Shown: positions 10,767-21,034 of the stretch, piece after piece
Layout of the letters: the number at the start of each line of letters is the position of its first letter
Position numbering within the stretch: the stretch's first letter is position 1
NCBI GenBank assembly: GCA_039194965.1
Contig: JBCCVQ010000015.1
Span: forward strand, 22,675-86,674
Origin: Pseudomonadota bacterium
GTDB taxonomy: Bacteria; Pseudomonadota; Alphaproteobacteria; Caulobacterales; Hyphomonadaceae
Length of the DNA stretch: 64,000 nucleotides
Direction of reading: 5' to 3'
The notes under the pieces: generated by a model
What the model saw: only the letters and a program-made list of their open reading frames with translations
Told to the model about the DNA's origin: nothing
Databases searched by the model: none
Program-made: the position numbers and the translations under genes

Positions 10767-12140
10767 CTAGAAGAAGTCGGCGCTAACCCTGAAGAATTGC
10801 TCGACTTTGCGGGTCGCGCTGTTCTCATAGAATAAGAGCAGCCGATCGTCTGTTTCGACCAGCGTTTTGGCATCCGGGAAGATGATTTCGTCTTCGCGAA
10901 TAATCGCCGCCGCGGTCACGCCATCCGGCAGGTTCGCATAATCAACGGGTTTGCCGATCAATGGCGAGGAATCTAACGTCACCCCTTCGGCAATTTCAGC
11001 CGCACCATCTTGTAGCGATTGAACTGACAATATCCGCCCGCGGCGCAGCTTGGTAAGGATTTTGGAGACACTCAATGCCCGCGGGTCGAGCACCGCATCA
11101 ATATCCAAATCCTGCGAGATGGCGATCAATTCATAATCGTTGACCAAAGCATGCGTGCGTTTAGCGCCCAATTGTTTGGCGAGCTTACCGATCAACATAT
11201 TGGTTTTATCATCATTGGTGACGGCGATGACAATGTCGGCTTGGTCTGCGCCCGCTTCCTCCAAGACATCGCGCGCGAGGCCGTCGCCATGAATCACAAT
11301 GGTCTGTTTAAGCGAAGAAACCGCCAAGTCTGCTCTCGCAGCGTCCGCTTCAACAACGCGCACCCGGACTCGGCCATCGCGCTCGAGGTGGCTGGCGACA
11401 TATGTGCCAACATTGCCGCCCCCGATGATCACCACGCGTTTGTGCTCCTCAACGTCGCGACTAAACAACTTATTGAGGCGTGGTGTTGAGCGCAGGGTCA
11501 CTGCAACATAGGCCAAATCACCGGGCTGAAGCTGATCATTTCCGCGCGGCGCAAAGATACTATTTCCGCGAGTGATTCCGACCACGCGTGCGCCTAGATC
11601 TGGGAAGATGCCTGAGATTTGATCCAGAGACGTCTCTAGCAAAGGACTGTCATCGCGGACCTTCATCCCCAGGACTTGCAATTCCCCGTCATGGAACGAG
11701 ATGCTCGAGGTCGCGCTGGGGGCTCGAATGCGCCGTAATATAGCTTCGCCGACTTCGATTTCGGGTGAGATGATCAGATCGATCGGCAACGCAGACTTCG
11801 AAAACAACTCCGCATTTCGCGGATCCAAATAGGCTTGCGCGCGCACCCTCGCGATTTTCGTCGGGACGGAGAATAACGTATCCGCAACCTGACAGATGAC
11901 CATGTTAATCTCGTCAAAATGCGTCACGGCAATGAGCATGTCCGTCGCGTCCGCACCTGCAGCCCGCAAGACATCCGGATGACCGGCGTGGCCGACGACG
12001 CCGCGCACGTCATAATCTATCTGAACTTGCTCGATCAGATCATGGTTTTCATCAATCATGATGATGTCGTGGTGCTCGTGCGCTAAGCGCCGAGCAATGC
12101 CCTGCCCTACGCGGCCCGCTCCACAAATGATCACACGCAT
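10767..12140 (-). CDS. trkA: Trk system NAD-binding subunit TrkA
   Basis: 457 aa with two tandem RCK/Rossmann units (IICGAGRVGQGIA and VIIGGGNVGTYVA). Confidence 0.9.
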   Translation of the reverse strand: MRVIICGAGRVGQGIARRLAHEHHDIIMIDENHDLIEQVQIDYDVRGVVGHAGHPDVLRAAGADATDMLIAVTHFDEINMVICQVADTLFSVPTKIARVRAQAYLDPRNAELFSKSALPIDLIISPEIEVGEAILRRIRAPSATSSISFHDGELQVLGMKVRDDSPLLETSLDQISGIFPDLGARVVGITRGNSIFAPRGNDQLQPGDLAYVAVTLRSTPRLNKLFSRDVEEHKRVVIIGGGNVGTYVASHLERDGRVRVRVVEADAARADLAVSSLKQTIVIHGDGLARDVLEEAGADQADIVIAVTNDDKTNMLIGKLAKQLGAKRTHALVNDYELIAISQDLDIDAVLDPRALSVSKILTKLRRGRILSVQSLQDGAAEIAEGVTLDSSPLIGKPVDYANLPDGVTAAAIIREDEIIFPDAKTLVETDDRLLLFYENSATRKVEQFFRVSADFF

Positions 12141-13532
12141 CTAACGATTATCCGTACGACTCGCCGATGCGTTTACCCCAAGGGCCTTTAATTTTCGGTG
12201 TAGAGCCGAACGTTCCATCCCGATAAACTCCGCCGTACGTGAGATATTTCCGTCAAATCGGGTGATTTGGAGGGTCAGATAGTCCCGTTCAAACTGCTCG
12301 CGAGCATCGCGCAGAGATAGACCGACAAAATCGGCTGAAACGCCCATAGCGTCGCCTGTTTCATCACTGCTGCGATCCAATGGCAGTTCTTCAACACTCA
12401 CCGTTTGATCGGTACTGTCGCGAGACAAGATCAATACGCGTTCGACCACGTTGCGCAACTGACGGACATTTCCAGGCCAATTCATCGATTGCAGCACCGC
12501 GATGGCTTCTTTGCTAAAAATTCGCGGCGTCAGGCCAGAAGAGTCGGCAATTCTAGCACTGAAATATTCTACCAAGTCAGGAATATCGTCTCGACGTTCT
12601 GCGAGAGACGGTACGGAAAGCGGCACCACGTTCAATCGATAATATAGATCTTTGCGGAATGCCGCTGCCTCGATCGCTTTTTCAAGATCCCGGGTTGAAG
12701 ATGACATTACGCGAACATCGACTTTGACGTCTGATCCCCCACCCACACGTTGAAACCTCTGTTCGGTTAGAACGCGGAGAATTTTGCTTTGAGTGCCAAG
12801 CGGCATATCGCCGACTTCGTCGAGCAATAGCGTGCCGCCATGGGCTTGTTCAAACACACCGATTTTGACCGGCATACCGGTGGAGTCTTCCTCGCCAAAC
12901 AGTTCACGTTCCATTTTCTCAGGCGCGATATTGGCCGCATTCACTGCCACGAATGGACCGCCAGCCCGGCGCGAGTGATCGTGGATAAGTTTGGCGCACA
13001 ATTCCTTGCCCACACCCGCTTCACCAGAGACCAAAACGCGCGAATTGGTCGGCGCGACTTTTTCAATATGCGCCCGCAGGGCTTGTGCAGCACCGCTGTC
13101 CCCCACCCATTCAGAAACCGAGAGATTTTGTGCCCGCAGTGTTTCGTTCTCGCGCTTAAGTTTGGCAGATTCAATTGCGCGCGAGACCAAGTGAAGCAAG
13201 CGGTCCGCTTTAAAAGGCTTTTCGATAAAGTCATAAGCGCCGCGACGGATCGCAGCGACCGCGGTTTCGACATTGCCATGCCCGCTGATTACGATCACTG
13301 GCAATAATGGATCGATGGCTTTGAGGTATTTAAGCACTGACAAGCCGTCCATATCGCTGCCTTGCAACCAGACATCGAGGACCACCAGGCTCGGTGTGCG
13401 CGAGCGAACTTCCTCGATCGCCGATTCCGCCGTGGCAGCGGTGCGAACACCGTGCCCGTCATCCTCTAAGACCCCGGCGATCAATTCGCGGATATCGGGT
13501 TCATCGTCTACGACTAGAATATCAGTGCTCAT
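12141..13532 (-). CDS. ntrX: Response regulator NtrX (receiver + AAA+ + HTH)
   Basis: 463 aa. It has a receiver domain (LVVLDVWL), Walker A GEAGVGKE and a C-terminal Fis-type HTH. It follows ntrY with an 11-nt overlap. There is no GAFTGA loop; the segment reads ELFGEEDSTGMPVKIGVFEQAHGG. Confidence 0.85.
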   Translation of the reverse strand: MSTDILVVDDEPDIRELIAGVLEDDGHGVRTAATAESAIEEVRSRTPSLVVLDVWLQGSDMDGLSVLKYLKAIDPLLPVIVISGHGNVETAVAAIRRGAYDFIEKPFKADRLLHLVSRAIESAKLKRENETLRAQNLSVSEWVGDSGAAQALRAHIEKVAPTNSRVLVSGEAGVGKELCAKLIHDHSRRAGGPFVAVNAANIAPEKMERELFGEEDSTGMPVKIGVFEQAHGGTLLLDEVGDMPLGTQSKILRVLTEQRFQRVGGGSDVKVDVRVMSSSTRDLEKAIEAAAFRKDLYYRLNVVPLSVPSLAERRDDIPDLVEYFSARIADSSGLTPRIFSKEAIAVLQSMNWPGNVRQLRNVVERVLILSRDSTDQTVSVEELPLDRSSDETGDAMGVSADFVGLSLRDAREQFERDYLTLQITRFDGNISRTAEFIGMERSALHRKLKALGVNASASRTDNR

Positions 13533-15726
13533 CTACAAGCTCCAAAGGCTGATCCTTTGCGTGTGAGTCTGATGCCAAACTCAACGGCAAAACAATTTTC
13601 ACGATTGCCCCCCGGGCCCCGTGATCTGGTTCGAGTAATTGTACGCTTCCGCCATGATCCATGATCACGCGATTGACGATTGCGAGTCCCAGACCCGTTC
13701 CACCTTCGCGGGCGGTGACATAGGGCTCAAGCAATTGTTCGCGGGCGTCTTGTGGGAAGCCCGGGCCATTGTCTTCGATCTGCATGACGATCATGCCATC
13801 CGCATCGGCAGGCGAGACGGAGACTGTTATCTGGCCCTGAACTTCGGTGTCCTCGGGCCTCGACGCGAGCGCTTCAGCGGCATTTTTTACAATGTTTGTA
13901 AAAGCTTGACCGAGTAGTCTTTCGTCACCCAGCATGGAAAGTCCGCCTTGTGGCAGGCTCAGGCTGAACTTGAAATCCGGATTGACTACGCGCTGCGCGA
14001 ACACCACGTCAGTGATCAAGGCCGCAAGATCAAATCGGCTCGGTGTCGGTTTCGGCATACGCGCAAAATCCGAGAACTCCTGGACCATCCTGCCAATGTC
14101 AGAGACTTGCCGCAAAATAGTATTGATACAGCGTTCGAACACTCCGTCTTCGTCATTTATCTGGTCGCCATACCGCCGCCGAATACGTTCCGTCGACAGT
14201 TGTATCGGTGTCAGAGGATTGCGGATCTCATGGGCAATGCGCCGCGCCACATCTCGCCAGGCCAATTGCCGCTGCGCTGAAATCAATCGCGTGGCATCGT
14301 CCAGCGTGATGACGGAGCCCTCAACGGAATCCGGCGTCACTTTGAGCCGGACATGGCGCAAACCATCATCGGTCATCAAATTGATGAAAGTATCATCTTG
14401 TGTGCGTTGGTTTTGGGCTGTCTTAACCTGCGCCCATAAATCCGGGCTGACATCTGCGAGCGGTCGCCCTTCTAAATGGCCTAGATTGAGTAGAGTTTCT
14501 GCCGAGCGGTTGGCGATCGTGACGATCCCTTCTGCATCCAGCCGGATAACACCGGCGCTAAGCTCTACAAGCAGGGTTTCCAGGAAACGCCGACGCTGTT
14601 CGGCTTCTTCGCGAGCCGACACCAAATCGTCTCGGCGTTCGTCCAATTGTCGTGTCATTTGATTAAATGAATTGGACAGCACCCGAACTTCATCTTCGGG
14701 TTCAGGTAGAGGCACTTCTACACCGCGTCGCCCCTCACTGACCTCAAGCGCAGCAACCGCCAAGCGACTGATCGGTCGCGAAATCCGGTCCGCGATTTCT
14801 TGCGCCAAACGCACAGAGAGCAGCAGCACCAGCGCAACGATTTGCAGATACGCAACGACGAACAATGTCTGGATCTCATTGCTTCGTTCTTGCGCCAATT
14901 GGTATTGCTGCTGCGCGTTTCGGGCCCGGTCTAATCGCGCGAACAGTTCGGGATTGATCGGTCGAATGAGATAGAGATAGCTTTCATTGAAGTTTGACAG
15001 CTTCTTCAGCGCGAACGTGTATCCCGCCTGTTGCCGTAAAACCGCAACGGTTTCCCCACGATCCGCGGCGACAAAGTCATCGGGGACCGGCGGCGCATAG
15101 CTGAAGGCCGGCGAGACGATTTGCGCTTCAGCCATCCGAAAGCCATTGCGGTCAATAATGTACGCCGCTGAGAAGTCGCGATAGGTCGCCACCAAGCTAA
15201 GGATCGTTTCAAAGGTTTCAGGATCGGCTTCAAACCCTTCTGCCGCCGCATCTACATCGTCCGCCACGGCAAGCGCGTCGGCCTCAAATCGGAAGGCAAA
15301 CTCTTCGCCGCTTTCGGCGGTGATCGTGGCGAATTCCTCAACGAGATTGAGCACCGTATCGCCCAGCCAGGTATCAATGCCCCTTGAAATTGTCAGCCAC
15401 AGGAACAGAGATACGATGACGGCCGGGATCATTGCCACGGTCCCGAACAATAGCATGAAGCGACGAGTCAGACGCCCACCACTCGCCAAATCTGGATTTC
15501 GCCGGATCGCTCGGTAGCGCGAAACCACCATCCACCCTAACGCGAACATGATCACCAGATTGGTCGCCAGAAGCGTTAGCAAGCCATCGGGAATGTCATC
15601 TGTCGGGCTGCTCCGCCCAAGAGCAAAGATCGTGGCCGCGGCGCTAATAACGCCCGCGAGAATAAACAGACCTTGAAACCAAAGTCCGCCATTCCTGCGA
15701 AGGGTAGCCAAAACACCTGATGCCAA
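13522..15726 (-). CDS. ntrY: Sensor histidine kinase NtrY
   Basis: 734 aa. It has N-terminal TM helices, HAMP and PAS domains, the H-box HEIRNPLTPI, and ATPase motifs NAAEA / DNGPGF / GTGLGL. Confidence 0.87.
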   Translation of the reverse strand: MASGVLATLRRNGGLWFQGLFILAGVISAAATIFALGRSSPTDDIPDGLLTLLATNLVIMFALGWMVVSRYRAIRRNPDLASGGRLTRRFMLLFGTVAMIPAVIVSLFLWLTISRGIDTWLGDTVLNLVEEFATITAESGEEFAFRFEADALAVADDVDAAAEGFEADPETFETILSLVATYRDFSAAYIIDRNGFRMAEAQIVSPAFSYAPPVPDDFVAADRGETVAVLRQQAGYTFALKKLSNFNESYLYLIRPINPELFARLDRARNAQQQYQLAQERSNEIQTLFVVAYLQIVALVLLLSVRLAQEIADRISRPISRLAVAALEVSEGRRGVEVPLPEPEDEVRVLSNSFNQMTRQLDERRDDLVSAREEAEQRRRFLETLLVELSAGVIRLDAEGIVTIANRSAETLLNLGHLEGRPLADVSPDLWAQVKTAQNQRTQDDTFINLMTDDGLRHVRLKVTPDSVEGSVITLDDATRLISAQRQLAWRDVARRIAHEIRNPLTPIQLSTERIRRRYGDQINDEDGVFERCINTILRQVSDIGRMVQEFSDFARMPKPTPSRFDLAALITDVVFAQRVVNPDFKFSLSLPQGGLSMLGDERLLGQAFTNIVKNAAEALASRPEDTEVQGQITVSVSPADADGMIVMQIEDNGPGFPQDAREQLLEPYVTAREGGTGLGLAIVNRVIMDHGGSVQLLEPDHGARGAIVKIVLPLSLASDSHAKDQPLELVDEH

Positions 15727-15802
15727 AGTTGGGACCTCTAATCCACACTGTCGCTAATCAGCAACACTGGTGATTTAGAGCAACACTTTGACTTTGCGTC
15801 AA

Positions 15803-17173
15803 TCAGTCTTCTGTCATTCCCAAGACCGTCATTCGGGCTCGTAACGTGTTGCGATTCACGCCCAACAACGCTGCTGTACGAAGCTTGTTGCCCGATGTCA
15901 CACTGAGCGCCAGCTTAATCAGAGGGCGTTCGACTTGCTCCAGCACGGTTTGATAAATCTTCTGCCCGTCTTCTCCGCCCTTCAAAAGGTCGGCCATCAC
16001 ATAGCGATGCAATAGGGTTTCGATCTCACTCTCTAGCGAAGCTTCAGGACTCAGCTCTTTCAGAGACTCGGCGCGAAGTTCACGCTCAATATCGCGTTGC
16101 GAGATTGTGGTGTCAGGACTGAGGGCCGCCAATCTAAAGATCAAATTTTCCAGTTCCCGGACATTGCCTGGCCAATCATAGGCCATCATCAGGTCCATAG
16201 CCGGTTGCGCGACCTGTTTCTGGGCCAGCCCGCGACTTTCAGCGCGGATCAAGAAGGCTTTGACCAATTCCGGAATGTCTTCTTTGCGGCGCCGCAAAGG
16301 CGGCATTTCGATGCGCACCACGTTCATTCGATAGTAAAGGTCTTCTCGGAAGTCGCCCGATTCAACCAAGGCTGAAAGCGGCTGGCGGGTCGACGCGACA
16401 ATACGGGCGCCCCCCTCTTCGCGCATCAGTTTGACCAATTGGGTTTGCGCTTCCTGGCTCAAGTCGCCGACTTCATCGAGATAGATGGTTGCTTCTCGAT
16501 CATAGGCGATCCCAGGATTGGCCTCAGTTCCGAATAGCTCACCGCTCACGTCTTGTGCTGCGCTTGTCGTAAGATCGAGAGAATAGAACGCGCCGGAGCG
16601 GGTTTGACCAAGATCGTGAATGGCGCGCGCGGCAAGTTCTTTACCCGTTCCAGACTCGCCTTCGATCAACACTGTCAGGTCTGTATTCATCACCCGCGAA
16701 ATCGTGCGATAGACATCTTGCATCACCGCGGACCGCCCAACCAATGGCAAGCCGCTATTCGTTGTGTCCGCACTCGCTCGTTTCGCCGGGGCTCCACCTG
16801 CGGGTTTTGTATCGGTGAGCGCGCGGTCGACCAAATCAGTCAATTGATCAATATCAAACGGCTTGGGCAGATAGTCATATGCACCATGCTGCGCCGCCGA
16901 TGCCGCTGTGAGAATCGTATTCTGGCCACTCATCACAATCACTGGCAGCTCAGGCCGCACCAGCTTGAACGAGGGCAAGAGTTCGAAGATTGGCGTATCC
17001 GTCAAATAGACGTCGGTCACGACAATGTCGCCTTCGCCGTTTCGAACCCAACGCTCAAGCGCTTCGGGTGAGCTGGTGGCGCGCACCGTATATCCGGCGG
17101 TGACCAGCGTCTGGTTCACAATCAATCGGATGCTGGCATCGTCTTCTGCGAGGAGAACAGTTTTTTGAGTCAT
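15803..17173 (-). CDS. ntrC: Response regulator NtrC-like enhancer-binding protein; the GAFTGA loop is missing
   Basis: 456 aa. It has a receiver domain (IVVTDVYL), Walker A GESGTGKE, the arginine-finger region WPGNVRELEN and a C-terminal HTH. It lies downstream of ntrB. Confidence 0.85.
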   Translation of the reverse strand: MTQKTVLLAEDDASIRLIVNQTLVTAGYTVRATSSPEALERWVRNGEGDIVVTDVYLTDTPIFELLPSFKLVRPELPVIVMSGQNTILTAASAAQHGAYDYLPKPFDIDQLTDLVDRALTDTKPAGGAPAKRASADTTNSGLPLVGRSAVMQDVYRTISRVMNTDLTVLIEGESGTGKELAARAIHDLGQTRSGAFYSLDLTTSAAQDVSGELFGTEANPGIAYDREATIYLDEVGDLSQEAQTQLVKLMREEGGARIVASTRQPLSALVESGDFREDLYYRMNVVRIEMPPLRRRKEDIPELVKAFLIRAESRGLAQKQVAQPAMDLMMAYDWPGNVRELENLIFRLAALSPDTTISQRDIERELRAESLKELSPEASLESEIETLLHRYVMADLLKGGEDGQKIYQTVLEQVERPLIKLALSVTSGNKLRTAALLGVNRNTLRARMTVLGMTED

Positions 17174-17178
17174 ATTTC

Positions 17179-18225
17179 TTACAGTCTTGGGAGCGGCAGA
17201 AAGATAGAAAAACGCGTGAGGCCGGGTTTGCTGTCGACTTTTATCCGCCCCTTATGAGCAGAGACAATCTCATTGACGACGCTTAGACCGAGTCCGCGTC
17301 CACCCGACTTAGACGACATGAACATATCGAACATCCGAGCTTTCTTTTCAGGCGGCACGCCTGGGCCGTTGTCTTCAACTGTCACACGGATAGCGCGTCC
17401 AAGTCGTTGAGTGCCGTCCTTTCGCGCAATCGCGAAGCTCGTTTCGAAAGCGGTCTCGATTTGAATTTGCGGACTTTGCGTATGCGCCATCGTCGCCTCG
17501 ACGGCATTGCGAAGAACATTCTGCAATGCTTCGTGCAAATGATCCTGGTCTGCCATCAATGATGGCAAAGATGGATCGTAAAGGCGCACAATCGAAACTT
17601 GGCCGCGCTGGGCTGCTTCCTCAGCCGCAATCACGCGGTCCAATAGCTCGTGAATATTCAGCTCTTCCTTTGCCGGCGCCGAGAAAAGCTCAAAAGCGGA
17701 TAGACGCGAGACCAGGCGCTCAATGCGGCGACTCTCGCTCTGGATGATATCGATCATCGCGGCCTGATCATCTCTCGCATTGCGCGAAAGAAGCTGTGCA
17801 GCACCCGAAATTCCAGCGAGCGGGTTCTTTACTTCGTGACCAAGAATGCGTCCAAAAGCTGCAACGCCCGCAGGATTGTTATGCACAACCTGAGTTTGTG
17901 AGGCTTCGGTCATGCCAATGACAATCCCACCATCATCAATAGGCCGCAACCGGAGGTCCAGTACACGCTGACGACGCAAAGATGGCCCACTGATTGGAAT
18001 GGCGTGCGCTGTGACATCGCCTTGCAGGCTCAACGCTTTGTCGATGAGCCCGAACACAGGAGAGTCATGAAACAGGATCTCGCTCAGCGGCTTGCGGTAC
18101 ATGGCGCGTTCGGAGTGCCCGAGAAACGACTGAGCCTCCGGATTGGCCGCACTGACCCGTCGGCGTTCATCGAGACCGAGCAGTGCAAAGGGGGAAAGAC
18201 CAACCAAATCAAGTGTTGTCATCAT
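17179..18225 (-). CDS. ntrB: Sensor histidine kinase NtrB
   Basis: 348 aa. It has a PAS-like N-terminus, the H-box HEVKNPLAGI, and DNGPGV / GRGLGL ATPase motifs. It overlaps the dusB stop by 4 nt. Confidence 0.85.
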   Translation of the reverse strand: MMTTLDLVGLSPFALLGLDERRRVSAANPEAQSFLGHSERAMYRKPLSEILFHDSPVFGLIDKALSLQGDVTAHAIPISGPSLRRQRVLDLRLRPIDDGGIVIGMTEASQTQVVHNNPAGVAAFGRILGHEVKNPLAGISGAAQLLSRNARDDQAAMIDIIQSESRRIERLVSRLSAFELFSAPAKEELNIHELLDRVIAAEEAAQRGQVSIVRLYDPSLPSLMADQDHLHEALQNVLRNAVEATMAHTQSPQIQIETAFETSFAIARKDGTQRLGRAIRVTVEDNGPGVPPEKKARMFDMFMSSKSGGRGLGLSVVNEIVSAHKGRIKVDSKPGLTRFSIFLPLPRL

Positions 18226-19220
18226 GCTGCCACCCGTAAAGTCTCGCCCGCGTATAGCGCTTGTATAGAACGGAGCAGTGTCACCGGATTGTCGATTCGA
18301 CAGAGGTCCGCTCGCTGCGTTCGCCGATCCGTTTCGCAGAGTGGGAGCGCGACTTTATCAACATGCGCAGCCACGTGCTTGCGGACGATCCGAATGCCGA
18401 GCGACGTCCCATAAAGACTCAAACTGTCTTCGATCTGTGCGCACAGGCCGTCCGCTTGTTCTTGCAGCGAGGGCACCACGAATGGGCGACCCTCAAGATC
18501 GGCGCTAATCTCGCCAAGCAGCCACGGACACCCCATCGCTGCGCGCCCGATCATCACGCCATAAGCACCAGATTCGAATTGCGCTTGTCTGGCCGAATTA
18601 GCGTCGTGAACATCGCCATTCGCGATCACCGGAACATCCAAAGCTTCAACCGTATCTCGGATCGCGCTCCAATCTGCGTTGCCTTTGTAAAATTGGCAGC
18701 GCGTCCGGCCGTGAACCGTGATCAGCTGCACGCCCAAATCCGTCGCAGCGCGTGCCAGCTCCGGGGCGTTCAGCCAGTTGTGATCCCACCCTAAGCGCAT
18801 TTTCAAGGTCACCGGCGTTGTCCCTGCGCCCTGCAGAGTGGCTTCGATGATTTGCTGCGCTAAGTCAGGCTCTCGCATCAAAGCTGACCCCGAATTGCCG
18901 CCTGTCACTTGCCGGGACGGGCAGCCCATATTGATATCGATGACATCTACCCCCGCACTGACGAGGATTTCAGCACCGCGCTGCATATCTTCGGGGCGGC
19001 GTCCCGCGAGCTGCACGACCCATAGACCCCTGCCTTCATGTCGACAGGTTTTGCGCACCACATCCGGACGGGCCGCAGCGAGAGCCTCACCGGCAACCAT
19101 TTCGGACACCACAATGGGCGCGCCATAGCGCACGGCTTGACGTCGAAAGGCGGCATCGGTTGAGCCGGACATCGGCGCCAGCCAAACCTTCTCTGCCTGA
19201 AATGCGGGCATTCTCATCAT
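18222..19220 (-). CDS. dusB: tRNA-dihydrouridine synthase B
   Basis: The track ORF extends to 19265. I chose the ATG at 19220 (MMRMPAFQ...), which is preceded by AAGG. Motifs are LAPMSGSTDAAFR, DINMGCP and the TIM-barrel FMN signature. The dusB-ntrBC synteny is conserved. Confidence 0.88.
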   Translation of the reverse strand: MMRMPAFQAEKVWLAPMSGSTDAAFRRQAVRYGAPIVVSEMVAGEALAAARPDVVRKTCRHEGRGLWVVQLAGRRPEDMQRGAEILVSAGVDVIDINMGCPSRQVTGGNSGSALMREPDLAQQIIEATLQGAGTTPVTLKMRLGWDHNWLNAPELARAATDLGVQLITVHGRTRCQFYKGNADWSAIRDTVEALDVPVIANGDVHDANSARQAQFESGAYGVMIGRAAMGCPWLLGEISADLEGRPFVVPSLQEQADGLCAQIEDSLSLYGTSLGIRIVRKHVAAHVDKVALPLCETDRRTQRADLCRIDNPVTLLRSIQALYAGETLRVAA

Positions 19221-19331
19221 GAGCCTTGTAAAACCACATTTTTGCACTGCACAAAAGTGGAGCACTGAATTTCCCTGATGCGTTCACGCAAGCTATGTGG
19301 CTTTTTTGCCGCAAACGGTTATGCAGCCAAC

Positions 19332-20477
19332 ATGTCTATTGCAGCCCTTATCGTTGCCGCCGGTCGAGGGGAGCGCGCTGGTGCAGGTGTGCCCAAACAA
19401 TTGCGCCAGCTTGGCGGCAAGCGTGTGTTCGAATGGTCGCTCGACGCGTTTTCCGGTCATGAGAGTATTGACCAATGCATTCTCGTGGTTCCCGCCGGCG
19501 AAGCGCACACATATTCATCGCTCTGCCCACCAGAGACGCAGATCGTAGAAGGCGGCGCCACCCGGACTGCGTCGGTCAAAGCCGGTCTTTCAGCGTGCTG
19601 GCGAGACACAACGCGATCGGTCCTCATTCACGATGCAGCGCGCCCGGGACTCACATCGCGCATGATTGATGCGTTGATCTCCGCATTGGAGACCGCCGAC
19701 GCGGCGGCGCCGGCTCTTCCGGTGACAGACGCCCTCAAACGGGCGACCGACGAGGCTGTCATGGACGTCGCACGCACAGATTTATATCGTGTACAAACAC
19801 CGCAAGCCTTTGGTTTTAATGCAATATCCTCTGCCTTAGAGAACGCTGCAGACTTGGTCGACGACCTCGCTGCGATTGAAGCGATTGGCGGAACCGTTCG
19901 CCTCATTGACGGCGACGAACGATTGGGGAAAATCACCTACTCTAGTGATTTAGTGACTCTGGAAAAACTTCTCATGCCTCCGACCGCTCCTCCACGTTTG
20001 GGAACTGGATTTGATGTTCACGCGTTTGAGTCGGGTGACCGCGTCATTCTGTGCGGTGTTGAGATCCCCCACACGCAACAACTAGCGGGACATTCCGACG
20101 CCGATGTCGCTTGGCACGCGCTGACGGACGCCGTCTTGGGTGCCGCCGCCTTAGGAGACATTGGCGATCATTTCCCGCCATCGGACCCTCAATGGCGCGG
20201 CGCGGATTCATCGGTTTTCCTGAAGCATGCCATCGAGATTGCACGTGATGCGGGTTGGCACCTCACCAGCTGCGATATCACCGTGATTTGCGAGGCACCA
20301 AAAGTAAAACCTCATCGCGACGCGATGCGCCAAACGACGGCAGACGTCACTGGGTTATCCTTAGACGCGGTCAGCGTAAAAGCTACCACCACTGAAGGCC
20401 TTGGCTTCACCGGACGGGGCGAAGGGATTGCCGCGCAAGCCAGCGCCGTTCTATCTCCGATCAGGCAAACTGAATAA
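19332..20477 (+). CDS. ispDF: Bifunctional IspD/IspF (MEP cytidylyltransferase / MEcPP synthase)
   Basis: The track ORF begins at 19278. [17 protein letters not shown] is the canonical IspD N-terminus. The IspF half has GTGFDVHAF and GHSDADV. Confidence 0.92.
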   Translation: MSIAALIVAAGRGERAGAGVPKQLRQLGGKRVFEWSLDAFSGHESIDQCILVVPAGEAHTYSSLCPPETQIVEGGATRTASVKAGLSACWRDTTRSVLIHDAARPGLTSRMIDALISALETADAAAPALPVTDALKRATDEAVMDVARTDLYRVQTPQAFGFNAISSALENAADLVDDLAAIEAIGGTVRLIDGDERLGKITYSSDLVTLEKLLMPPTAPPRLGTGFDVHAFESGDRVILCGVEIPHTQQLAGHSDADVAWHALTDAVLGAAALGDIGDHFPPSDPQWRGADSSVFLKHAIEIARDAGWHLTSCDITVICEAPKVKPHRDAMRQTTADVTGLSLDAVSVKATTTEGLGFTGRGEGIAAQASAVLSPIRQTE

Positions 20478-20486
20478 GAAGGTCCC

Positions 20487-20975
20487 ATGTTCCCAGATCG
20501 CATTCGAAATCTCGCCCTCCTAACCATGGACGAAGCCATGGAACGACGCGTCAAAATTGCCACGGCTGAGAGCTGCACGGGCGGTTTGATCGCTGGCCTT
20601 TTCACAGAATTTGCAGGCTCCTCAAAAGTGTTGGAACGCGGATTCGTGACCTACTCGAATGCTTCAAAGGCGGAAGTTCTCGGCGTTGCGGGCGACGTGC
20701 TCGCCGATTATGGCGCAGTATCTGAACCGGTTGCACGTTTAATGGCGGAAGGCGCGATGGAACAAAGCCGCGCGAATCTCGCCATCGCAGTTACCGGCAT
20801 TGCTGGTCCTGGCGGCGGCACACCGATGAAGCCTGTCGGCACCGTGCATCTCGCCTGTGCGCGGGAAAATAAGGCGATGATCCACGAAATGCTGACACTC
20901 GGGGACATTGGTCGACATGAGATCCGGATGGCCACCGTCGAGGCGGCGCTGAATCTGATCAAAGCCCAAATCTAA
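20487..20975 (+). CDS. CinA C-terminal domain / nicotinamide-nucleotide amidohydrolase PncC family
   Basis: 162 aa with the ATAESCTGGL signature and GIAGPGGG. Confidence 0.8.
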   Translation: MFPDRIRNLALLTMDEAMERRVKIATAESCTGGLIAGLFTEFAGSSKVLERGFVTYSNASKAEVLGVAGDVLADYGAVSEPVARLMAEGAMEQSRANLAIAVTGIAGPGGGTPMKPVGTVHLACARENKAMIHEMLTLGDIGRHEIRMATVEAALNLIKAQI

Positions 20976-21034
20976 AACGGCCCTAGGGCTCAGTGCCCGG
21001 CTGTGATACCCTCGATGAAAAATCGGGAGGTAAC

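Noticed and set aside
13934-14662. 242-aa plus-strand ORF within the ntrY region
   Set aside because: It is antisense to ntrY, which has clear HAMP, PAS, H-box and ATPase motifs. Its Ser/Arg-rich composition is typical of antisense frames.
19278-19331. Upstream extensions of several track ORFs (ispDF 19278, tauD-like 20993, mnmA 21972, clpP 7288, dusB 19265, OMP 24511, MBL 28561, lipA 26078)
   Set aside because: Internal starts give family-typical N-termini, and for several of them (dusB, the TauD-like gene, mnmA) a visible Shine-Dalgarno sequence precedes the start. The extensions read as non-protein-like sequence or overlap neighbouring genes.
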